In this document: one piece after another, positions 16,879 to 27,600 of the stretch
How the letters are laid out: each line of letters starts with the position of its first letter
Position numbering within the stretch: position 1 is the first letter of the stretch
The notes under the pieces: model-generated
The model's input: only the letters and a program-made list of their open reading frames with translations
What the model was told of the DNA's origin: nothing
Database searches by the model: none
Program-made: the position numbers and the translations under genes
DNA from: a virus
Taxonomy: Duplodnaviria > Caudoviricetes
Strand: one strand, 5' to 3'
Virus record (IMG/VR): IMGVR_UViG_3300017913_002402
Coordinates: 1 to 30,330 of that record
Length of the DNA: 30,330 bases

Positions 16879-16907
16879 ATTATATCAAATCAAATGTGGT
16901 TTGTCAA
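16879..16907 (-). promoter_or_regulatory. Consensus sigma70 (early-type) promoter driving the sugar-handling cassette
   Basis: TTGACA (16907-16902), 17-nt spacer, TATAAT (16884-16879). The -35 element overlaps the stop codon of the upstream gene. Confidence 0.9.
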
Positions 16908-17242
16908 GACCAAGGTACTTGTCTTACGATAGTATTTTTCTTATCAATACGACGAGCAATGATATCATCGATCTTTTGAATTTCACCTGCACCAAGTTTC
17001 GATGTGATCCATCCTTGAACAGTAGATTCTGTTAGATCAAAGAAACCAACAAAATCACCTTCCTCCACATTTTCTGCAGTGAAGAATGAAGTTCCTAGAA
17101 AACTGTGATTTGTACTGTCAGTGTCTGTACCGATTCTTTTCCATACAACTTTCACGACAGCATTTTGAAGGACCACGCCATCTGTATTGGTCTGGTCCTT
17201 CGTCTCCATGTTCACAATTTCCCAAGCGTATGTAATCGCCAT
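16904..17242 (-). CDS. Small fibre-associated protein (putative assembly chaperone or tip protein), paralog 1
   Basis: 112 aa with the pattern T..W.I..M..KD..N.DGV.L...V....W...GT, F..F.DLTE.TV.GWI and terminal PW. It lies downstream of the fibre gene. Confidence 0.65.
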   Translation of the reverse strand: MAITYAWEIVNMETKDQTNTDGVVLQNAVVKVVWKRIGTDTDSTNHSFLGTSFFTAENVEEGDFVGFFDLTESTVQGWITSKLGAGEIQKIDDIIARRIDKKNTIVRQVPWS

Positions 17243-17265
17243 TTTAGATTACCTTATCTAAAGAA

Positions 17266-17697
17266 TTAATCGTCGTCGCCGTCCGCTGGATCGGTATTTG
17301 CAGCATCTGAAGGTGGTGTTGGTGTTACTTCAGTGTTCGCTGCCCATGGTAGAGCATCTGATTGAATTTCTTCACCAGTACCATGTTCTTCTTCGATTCT
17401 CTTCTCGATTTGTTCGTCGATGTGCGCTGCGTAACCCGAATCTGCATTTACAACTGCTTGAATCCAACCAAGAACAGTTGCTTCAGTCAAATCAGCAAAT
17501 GCAGTGAATTCTCCTTCAGGAACGTTTGCGGCCGTGAAAGGTGTCGCACCTGACCAAGAAGCAGAGTGACCATCAGAGTTAGTACCTGTTACGGTCCAGT
17601 AAGTTTGATAAACAGCACGAGGAAGAGTGACACCATCAGCGTTCACTTCATCCTTAACTTTCATACTGTCAATGCGCCAAGTTTTTGTTAGTGACAT
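17266..17697 (-). CDS. Small fibre-associated protein, paralog 2, with an acidic Pro-rich tail
   Basis: 143 aa, alignable by eye to the 112-aa protein along its whole length. Confidence 0.65.
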   Translation of the reverse strand: MSLTKTWRIDSMKVKDEVNADGVTLPRAVYQTYWTVTGTNSDGHSASWSGATPFTAANVPEGEFTAFADLTEATVLGWIQAVVNADSGYAAHIDEQIEKRIEEEHGTGEEIQSDALPWAANTEVTPTPPSDAANTDPADGDDD

Positions 17698-17732
17698 AGT
17701 CTTTTCTCCAAATATAGTTTAGTTTAATGTTT

Positions 17733-17740
17733 TATTTATG
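17733..17740 (-). promoter_or_regulatory. Late promoter variant (CATAAATA)
   Basis: One mismatch to consensus, overlapping the upstream stop codon, about 35 nt before the 143-aa gene. Confidence 0.5.
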
Positions 17741-18263
17741 TGTTTGCAGAATCTTCTGGTTCAGTATTACCCGAATCTGAAGGCGAAGAGTTTGATACAA
17801 ACTCGTCATCATCTTCAGAAGTTGGATCATCGTCGATTACTGCATCTGCGTAATATGGAAAACTTCTTAAATGACGATATGCTTGAGTGACATATGATTC
17901 AGAACTGGTGTTGTCAATAAAGAATACACATTTACCATCCATGCCCCTTGTGCCGATATTACCTTCATATTCTGTTTCTGTAGGATCTTCACCCATATAT
18001 CCGATTGGTTGTCTACCATCAATACGAGCCTGTCTTGATGCCCAGATAGTTACAGTAATATGTCCAACGTACCCCGCTTTCCAATAAATCCACTCTTCTT
18101 CATTATCATCATCACGAGCCGTAAAACCACTTGGTTGACTCGAATCAACAGGGGGATCAATATCACGTGTTCTTTTTTTGACTTTTACGCCTGTAACCAC
18201 GTGATATGCATTTGAAATGGTTGCGCCAGAATCTTGCCATTCATAATCTCTAATAAATGCCAT
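17736..18263 (-). CDS. Hypothetical fibre-associated protein, 175 aa
   Basis: Starts 1 nt after the fibre stop with a GGAG Shine-Dalgarno. The acidic tail ends in ANT. Confidence 0.75.
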   Translation of the reverse strand: MAFIRDYEWQDSGATISNAYHVVTGVKVKKRTRDIDPPVDSSQPSGFTARDDDNEEEWIYWKAGYVGHITVTIWASRQARIDGRQPIGYMGEDPTETEYEGNIGTRGMDGKCVFFIDNTSSESYVTQAYRHLRSFPYYADAVIDDDPTSEDDDEFVSNSSPSDSGNTEPEDSANT

Positions 18264-18264
18264 T

Positions 18265-18642
18265 TTATAATCTCTCCATTAATGTTTGAACCATTTGTTT
18301 AAGTTCGTCAATTTGTTCTTGCTGACTATTTATAATCTCTTGTTGATCTTTAAACGCCTCAACAAATAAACCTGCCATGTTACCATAGTTAACAGAGTAC
18401 TCATCCACGTCTGCAGCATAAGTGACCACTTCTGGTAGTATTTCTTCAACTTCCTGTGCGATAACACCAATTTCAGTATTCTTAATTTTCTCGCCATCTT
18501 CAGAAAGATAATCCGCAATATCCTCGTCTTTAATTTCATCGTTTGGTGTAACAAGTTTATTATATGAGACACCACGCAATTGTAACACTTTTTCTAGTGC
18601 GTTGTCAATAGTTTCAATGTTACGTTTACGTCTTCTATCTGA
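18265..18642 (-). other. Peptidase S74 auto-cleaving chaperone domain
   Basis: S-D-x-x-x-K motif (SDRRRK), LRGVSY, GVIAQEVE and a terminal coiled coil. Confidence 0.88.
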
Positions 18643-21600
18643 ATATGCAACAATATTACCAGTTGCGTAGATATCGCCAGAAACGTATAATTCGTAAGTA
18701 GATGATGTCGTCGATGATGCGATACCAAGACAGTTGTCGTTGTGGTAGTAGTATAACGCCCAACGACCACCACCCTGCCAATAGATGCCGCCTGCACCGT
18801 TACCACGTTGGTTGAACATCAAGTGTGGATCGTTATCAGCCTGATGGAAACTAATACCATACCAACCGTTACGTGAACCACGAATGTTCATTGAACCATA
18901 ACTGGTTTGTGTATTTGGTTCGATGTGCCAACTGTTTGTGCCAGAGTAGTAACCACTGGTGTTTGTGTACATCCAAGTATACTTATATGCATAATGGCTA
19001 CCACCATTAATACGGAATCTAAGTGTACCACTGTTATAGTCTTGTCTAAACGAAATACCATTATAGTTATGATATGCCGCCATTGTGATACCAGTATGAT
19101 ACTGAAGTACCAAATCTGGATATGGGTTAGACCAACCACCGTCTTCTTGGAAACCCCAACCATAAGGATAAGAAGATCTTGGTAAGTTTGAATCCCCACC
19201 AGCATATGGAGAATAGTAGGTGTTTGCTCGAATCTGGTTGTAACGTGATGTACTTGCTGGGTCTGAATAGTAACCAGTGTTGTTACTGTCATAGTAACGA
19301 CCCGCATACATCGAACCACCGTTTGACGAGTTAACGTCAAGTATTGGAATTGTTCTCCAAGATGAGAATGATGCCCAAGTGTTACGGAAACGAAGGTTAC
19401 CGATTGGACCACCGACCATCTGCCAACCATAACGAGCAGAACCGTTAGAGTAGTGGTACGCCTGTACACCAACCCAGTGAGATGTACCCGAAGGTTGGTT
19501 TGCAGGGTTTGACCAAGAGTCAATGAAACCTGAACCCCAGTCTGCAACTGTGTTGGTCATGTCTTGACGACCCCAACCCATTGCACCAGTCCAATAGTTT
19601 GTATCACTAGTTTGTCTTGGACGTGCTCTATAGTATTCACCCGAATCACGAGTATGACCTGGCAATGCCATGTAAGCCATTGTACGGTTGTTAACACCTA
19701 AGAAACGAGTCGAGTTCGTAGATGCACCGTTGAAGTAATAACCAGTGTTATTTGAATCGTAGAAAATTGGTGCACGAGACGAACCAGGCGAGTATGTGTA
19801 AGATGTATACACATAGAATTCTGCGTTACCATTACAGTACAGAGTTAGTGGGTTGGTACTAGTGCGTACACGGACTGCCCATGATCCATCATTGTCTAGT
19901 AGACCACCTTCACCAGATCCATTACCGTACCAGTATGACTGCAACTGACCATTGTTGTCATACAGGCGCATACCACCGCCACCAGTGGCACCATAACGAA
20001 CATCCATATAGGTATCACCAGTATAGATGTGACCCGACGAACCGCCATCATCGACACGAAGTCTGTTGATATAAACAGCGTTCAAGTTAGAAGTTGACGC
20101 TGGGTTTAGATAGTAACCAGTGTTGTTTCTATCATAGAACAGAGGAGAACGCATATCAGAGATGTGGTCCATATAGTCAGTATTGATGCGACCATATGTT
20201 GAACCTGCATACAACCATTCCATGATTGTAGAGTTATCAGAACTGATTAGGTTGGTGTCAACAACTGTACGACCTTGTAAACGAATATAGTCAGAAGAAC
20301 CTGTACCATCGTTCTCTGCACCGATAACCATTGCACCATTTTCACCAGAGTTGTTATAGTCTGGATCGTATGTGATGTAACCGAAGTCAGAAGGTGCGTT
20401 AACACCAGAACGGAAGTAAATTGTTACAGGTGCATCGTTACCTGAGTGTAGTTCCATTGCAGTATTCTGCAAGTATTCACGCAAACGAGTACCACTTCCT
20501 GCATACGACCAAGAACCACCAGAGTCATTTGTTCTACCTGTGTGGATAGACTTACCTCTGAAGTTCACAACGTTTAGGTTAGATGTAGACGCAGGGTCTA
20601 AGTAGTAACCAGTGTTATTCAGATCGTAGTAGATAGGCGCACGTGCTTGTCTTTCAATACGGAAATAACCAGATTCTGTACGTGCTTCGTAACGTCCATT
20701 ATAGTAGAAGTATGTACGACCATTACGTTCACCATACCACATCCACTCGTTGTCAAGATCGTTGTAGATACCAACTTGGTTGTTGTCTGCAGACATGAAG
20801 ACATAACGTCCGTTGATTGAGTAACCTTCCCAATTGCCAGCACCACCACCATTGACCTGAACAGTACCATAGTTACCAGTTGGGTAATCGAAGTACGCAC
20901 CAGTATTATTATCATATGCAAAGTACAAACGGTTTGTCAAGAGTGTATTCAAACGTGATGTAGATGCAGCGTTGATGTAATAACCAGTGTTGTTTGAATC
21001 GTAATAGATTGGTGAACGGAAACTGTATGCGGTGTAAACATACAATGCGTCCCCATAAACATCAAACAATCCAAGGTTCTGAATTGAACCAGTTGCCGCA
21101 CCATGACGACCAATACGGAAGTCTGCACTTGAAGAGTTGTTATTGTTCGAGTCTAGGTTGATCCAAATGTTACCATATGAGTTGAAACGTAAATCATCTG
21201 CAGTGTTACCACCATTGTCACGAGATGCAATCGCATGGTAGGTTGAATCATCACCGTAGAATGTGATCCAGTCACCACGGTCACGCATGTTGATTCTGTC
21301 AACCAAGATAGTCGCCATCGATGAAGTACTTGCGAAGTCGCCGTAGTATCCAGTGTTGTTTCTGTCGTAGAAACGTGTCGCATATGAATAGTTGTTGATA
21401 AGAACATTACCATCACCACGGATGATCATGTTCCACGTTCCACCAGTACCACCATCACGGAACGAGATGTCTTCACCACCAGATGTGGCGATGATTAAGT
21501 GTGCGTCATTAGTTTCTGTTGCACCGATGTAACCACGCAAGTTACCTGAACTTGTGTAGAAGTGCGCCTGACCACCTGCCCAGTATTCTGTCTCGTTAAC

Positions 21601-24600
21601 ACGGTTCACGTTCATGCGTGAAGTAGATGCAAAGTTGCCATAGTAACCAGTGTTATCGGTATCATAGAAGATTGGGGATCTCATAGATCCTTTTGCTTCA
21701 GTGTAACCTGTTCGGATGATAAATCTTGTGAAACTAGACGCTGACCAACTCGTACCCAAACCGTAGTGTGGGTTTTCTTGGTTATCATAATAACCGAAAT
21801 CAAGTGAACCCGCTTGATAGTTTGCAGTACCAATGTTCCAACGGCGAACGTTGTTCGAAGAGTTAAGTCTTGAACGGAACGAAATCGCTGCACCGTGGTT
21901 CGTATTTGTACCCCAAGAACTTAGAGTGAAGTGTGGATACGCATGATTGTTACCAATCTCAATCTGTGGTCTATTAGTGTCACGTGTTGTTTGAGTCGCA
22001 GAGTTTGAACCCATTTTCAGATACGAATCACTAGAACTCAAACGTAGGTGAATCATACGTGAAGTCGATGCGGGATCTACATAATAACCTGTATTATTGT
22101 AATCATAAAAGATTGGAGAACGAACACCTGCGCCCTGTGGGAATTGAACCGCATTGTTGTCACCAATGAATTCTGCAAGAAGTGTACCTTCGTTATACCA
22201 TGCGCTGCCAAATGCAGTACCACCTCTCCAACGAAGTTGCATACGACCTTGACCAGTATCATTTGCACCCCAAACAAAGTGTTGGTCACCAGAAGAGTTG
22301 CCTGGCGCACTATCACTATATTCAAGTGCAGGATAACCACTTGTCATAATCGAACGAATACGAGCTTGCCCATTTGACAAGGTAGGTGCAATGTCAATAT
22401 TCGCAAGACGGGATGTCGAAGCTGGATTGATGTAGTAGTTCGTGTTATTGCGATCATATCCGATGTTGAAACGAATATCGTTAACATAAGAAGTCGAAGC
22501 AGGATCTAGGTAGTAAGATGTATTGTTACGATCAAAGAAACGATCTGCAGTTACGTCACCTGTTACAACGATGTCATCACCACGCAAACGTCCATGATAG
22601 TTGGAACGTTTCAACATGATGCCACCGAATTCACGCAGTGCACCACCACCTGAGTAGTTCATCAAGATACGAATACGAACATAGTAAACGTTTGATGGAA
22701 GTGTATGGTATCCACGTTTGGTTGACCAGCTAGTCGACGTATCGTTCGAGCCACTTACGACGAAGTAAGTAGTACCTGCGTTACCACCAATCGCATTCCT
22801 GTTTTGGTCATAACGTTCAATACCATAGTAAAGAATACCACCAGATCCAGAGATACGACGAACAGAAATTTCACCGTAAAGTTCTTCGCCTGGTTCCACT
22901 GGAATGAATGCAGAATAGAAATCACGATATCCAGAAGTACGCAATACATAAGAACCTGCAAATGGTCCAGTTGTTGCACGAACAAACTCGCTAGTCGACG
23001 TTGTCAAACTGTTTTCGTTTGGCGCCATAGAGTTCGTGACACGGTTATCGAAATAATATGTGCCATCAAATAGTACGAGATCCGCACCACCAGAGCCGTA
23101 TGCAGGAGAAAGACTTAGAGGTTCGTTACCACCGTCTAGTGAAATATCTGGTGCAGAAACTGACTTGAACGCACGGAAGTTACCTTCACGGTCAACCCAC
23201 ATGCGGTCACCGATACCGTTGAAGTGTACGATGAACGAGTCTCTGTTTGTACCATCATAACCATTCCAGTTGTCATGTACCAACCAAGGATAGTTTCCAG
23301 CTGCGCCACTGTAACGCATACCCAGAAGGTATCTGTTATTATGGTAAAGAGATGCGGCATAAGTGTTATTTGCAATCGCACCTTGGTTACCAATTGAGAT
23401 ACTACTCATACGTGAATGAGACGCAAAGTCTCCATAGTATGATGTACTGTTTCTATCGTAATAAATTGGCGCACGTGCCTGTCTGGTTATATCGAAATAA
23501 CCAGAACGTGTTTCCGCCTCAGAACGACCATTGAAGTACAAGTACAATCTATCGTTTTGTACTGCACGAAGTGCCCACTCATTGTTGGTATCGTTGTAGA
23601 TACCTACTTCAGATGGACCATTTGACATGAAGACCCAATCGTCACGGATTGCGTATCCTGCCCAACCGTTCTTCGCACCTTCAACTCTAATAGAACCATA
23701 ATCACTAGATGAAGTATCAATGTAGTATGTGGAACCATCAATCTGCAATCTGTTAACACGGACAACATTCATTATTGACGTTGATGCAAAGTCACCGTAG
23801 TATGATGTATTGTTCGAGTCATAGAATATTGGTGAACGCATTTGGTTACCAGCAATTGCGTAACCATTATCTGTACGGAATTGTTCCCCACCATTGTACA
23901 TCAGACGCATTGCATTGTTTCTGTCTGCGTACCAGATCCACTCGTCATCTACATCATTGAATACACCAACACGGTTTGAATTATCGTGCATGAATACCAT
24001 ACGGTCACCGATTGAGAAACCTTCCCAACCACCACGTGCTTGTCCATCGATTGCGAAGGAACCGTAAGTACCGTTTGGAGATCTTAGAGTCACACCATCG
24101 TTAAGAACGATTGTGTTCATTCTCGAAGAAGAATTTGGATCGACATACCACGAAGTATTGTTACTATCGTAGAAGATAGGTGCACGTACAGATCCTGCAG
24201 CCTGAAAGAAACTTCTTAAAGTATTTACTCGACCAGTATTAGTAATTGTTAACGCAAGTTGCGGTCCAGTCGCATAACTGTCTGTGGTAGTGAATGCCAT
24301 TGCAGTACCAGCAGAGTTGTTATTATGTACGTAGATGCCCGCTTGGTGTTCAGTAGCACTACCACCCATAAATGTAAGTGCAGCTTGATAACCGTTTGTC
24401 GCACCAGTCCCAGAACCATTTGCAAAGTGAAGTGAACCTAAGACAGATTTAGCAATCTGGAAAGTATTCGATGCCAGAGATGTTGCAGTATTGTTGGTTA
24501 CTGTAATCGAATTTACATTTGATCTAGAAGCAAAATTACCATAGAAGGCAGTATTGTCCGAGTCATAGAAAATGGGAGAGTGCATGGCGTTGTTTGCCAA

Positions 24601-27600
24601 AACTCTCGTATTGTTAATATCAAGTCTTTGACCAGCGCCAGTCCAGAATCGAATTGTATCTGCTACAGGGAAACCGAAATAGGTATTTGTATCACCTCTA
24701 TGACGAATATAATCGTCAATATCAATGCGATTCATATTTGATGTTGATGCAAAGTCACCGTAATAGTTCGCATTATTCGAATCAACGAAACGTGGTGCCC
24801 TTACCTCCACAGAAGCATCTACAGAGTTATTGTCGATGTTTAGACGTTGTGTACCATTTGTCCAGAAACGAATTGTATCATTCGTTTCAAATCCCATATA
24901 GGTATTGACATCTCCACGATGTCTGATATAATCATCAATGTCAATTGTGTTAAGTTGTGAATCACCGTCTGGATCAACGTAGTAGTTTGTATCCGCTTGC
25001 GCCATGAAACGGGCGCCTTGGTAATCACCAGTTGAGTAGACAGTCTTGTTGTTACGGACACGAAGGAATGTACCTTCCGTCATGTACCAACCACCACCCC
25101 AACCGAAGCCGAGTTCTTCGTCTTTTAGGAAAGATGAAGTTCCACGACCAAATACGATTGCATCATCATTACCGTTAAGTTGAATGCCACCCGCAACGTG
25201 AAGTCTAGAATTTGTTTTCGAACCAACTAATGGTGTGAAGTCACCGTTTGCATAAGTTGCAGATTCGCCACCAACAACAACATCACCACCACCATTAATA
25301 GTGAACAGGTTATCTGCACTTGCATTCCAGAACTTATATGCAGATGTATCGGTTGCAGGGATGAAGTTAAGGTTACCACCACCATCACCACGGATTGTTT
25401 GTACAGATGATCCATCTGCAGCAAAATCGATATATCTGTTGTTATCTGAGAATGGGTTGTTACCGATATCAATGCGGTTCAAGTATACGAGTGACCAACC
25501 ACCATTGTTACCAGAGATCTGCATTGATGGGTTGGTTGTGGCACCTTGTCCACCATACGCAGAGAATGTGATACCACCGTTACCAGAGTTATCATTATAT
25601 CTGTCATTATCACCAACATTACCAAGTTGGATATTACCTTGTAGTGCAAGAGATGTGTTCTGACCAGACGCATCAATATCTAAGAAATATGTTGTACCAG
25701 ATGGACCCAAGTATCTTGGTGCACGGACATCATTGAAAGATTGTGTGATTGCATTGGTAACGTTGAAACGCATTGTGTTACCAAGTGTCACTCTCCAATT
25801 GTTTGCAGCACTGAAACCCATGAAGTCTGTGACTGCTTGTGCATGATAGATGTAATCGTCAATGAAGATGTTCGACATGATAGACGAACCCGCAGGATTG
25901 ACGAAGTAGTTTGAGTCATCTGAGTCGTAGAATGTTGGTGCATACACACCTACAGTGAAGTCTGCAGAGTTGTTATCAATATTAACTCTTTCAGTACCAC
26001 CTGTGCGCATAGTGATTTGATCATTACCATCAAATCCTAAGAATGTGTCTGTATCGCCACGATGTCTGATATAGTCATCGATATCAATGCGATTCATCTG
26101 AGATGTCTGGTTGAAGTCACCGAAATATGTGTCATCGTCATTGTCGACGAAACGACCAGAACGAATGTCCTGATCTGCAACAATATTGTTCGCAGTGATA
26201 TCACCAATGATTGCACTGTTCGCATTGATAGTCTGGGAGATAATGTCGTCAGCGGTCAGATCATTGGTGATATACGCATTATTCGCAGTTAAGTCTTCAG
26301 TGATGTTTGCATCTCTACCCGCAGAGATGTCACGTGTTGCAATAACATCTTGTCCTGCAGTCACATCACCTGCAGTTGCAGTCACATCGTTTGCAGCGGT
26401 AACGTCATTACCTGCTGATACATCATTCCCTGCAGTTACGTCTCCTGCAGTCGCATCGATATTACCAGTTGTTGCAGTGATGTTATTCTGTGCAGTAATA
26501 CTGTTTCCTGCAGTTACATTACCTGTAGTAGCTGCAATATTACCTGCGTCTGCAGTAATGTTACCGTTGGTTGCATTAATATCATTATTTGCAACGATGT
26601 CGTCATACGCAGTGACATCACCTTCTGAGATGATGTTGCCTTGTGCAATCATATCATCTGATACGACCCAGTTTTCGTTAGAATCTAGATATGCACCATA
26701 GTTAAAGTTCTGTTTAAGGAAACCGATCTCACCATTGTTTGAATATAGAGTAGAGTTTAGACCTGTTCCATCAAAGAAGATCTGTGCAGCACCATTGTTG
26801 TCACCAACTGTGATGTCACCCTTTACAACTGCGTTTTCTGAAGCTTCAACACCAGTAGAAGTTGCACGTAGTTTTGCATCGTTTCCATAAAGAACTTCAC
26901 CGTATCCTTCAGAACCAGTGAATACTGATTTAAGACCGATGTAAGTTGTACCAAATCCACCAGTAATATTTACGTTTGCAGAAGACGAACCAGCCGCACG
27001 AATAGAAAGATCACTATTATTCGTGGATCTAAGTTCATCAGTTTCGAAAGAGTAAGTACCAACTGACCACCAATCAGACGCTTCAATCCATTTTAGTTGG
27101 ACATTATCAGAAGTACCACGTACAACCTCAATACCTGAGTCTTCACTTGGTGTACCAGTAACGTTAGAGTTCAACTGCAAAATGTTGTCTGCAATTGTTA
27201 CAATTTCTGAATTGATAGATGTGGTTGTACCAAAGACAGTCAAGTTACCTGTAATGATGTACGAACCATCCATCGTGTCGTCTTCATCAGCACGGACGAA
27301 TTGTATCGCCTGTAGTCCGTCAACCGTATCCGCATCAAAGGAACCACCATTACGTGCTTCGTCGTCTGTTGTAATAATGCGACGACCTTCAATGTTTGTT
27401 GTTGACAATCCAGTGAAAGATGTGTTACCACTTTCAATAGTTAGACGTGCATCCCCATTTTGTTTGAAGATAAGTCCATCATTACCATTATGGAATTCAA
27501 TACCATTCGTAGAGTTAAAGATACCAAAATCTGCAGTAGAAATATTTTGAACTTCCAGACTACCAGAACTGCCCTCAAACGAAATGATTGGAGATCCTGA

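Noticed and set aside
18888-19547. 219-aa shifted-frame ORF within the distal fibre, considered as a frameshift alternative tip
   Set aside because: Its Val/Thr/Ile/Leu-rich composition matches the many other shadow ORFs in this gene, and no slippery site was identified.
19235-26170. Shufflon, invertible cassette or diversity-generating retroelement in the fibre
   Set aside because: All repeats are direct and in frame. The window has no recombinase, reverse transcriptase, inverted sites or near-identical template/variable repeat pair.
26186-26701. 171-aa + strand ORF
   Set aside because: It is the antisense shadow of the beta-repeat region of the fibre and has no independent expression signals.
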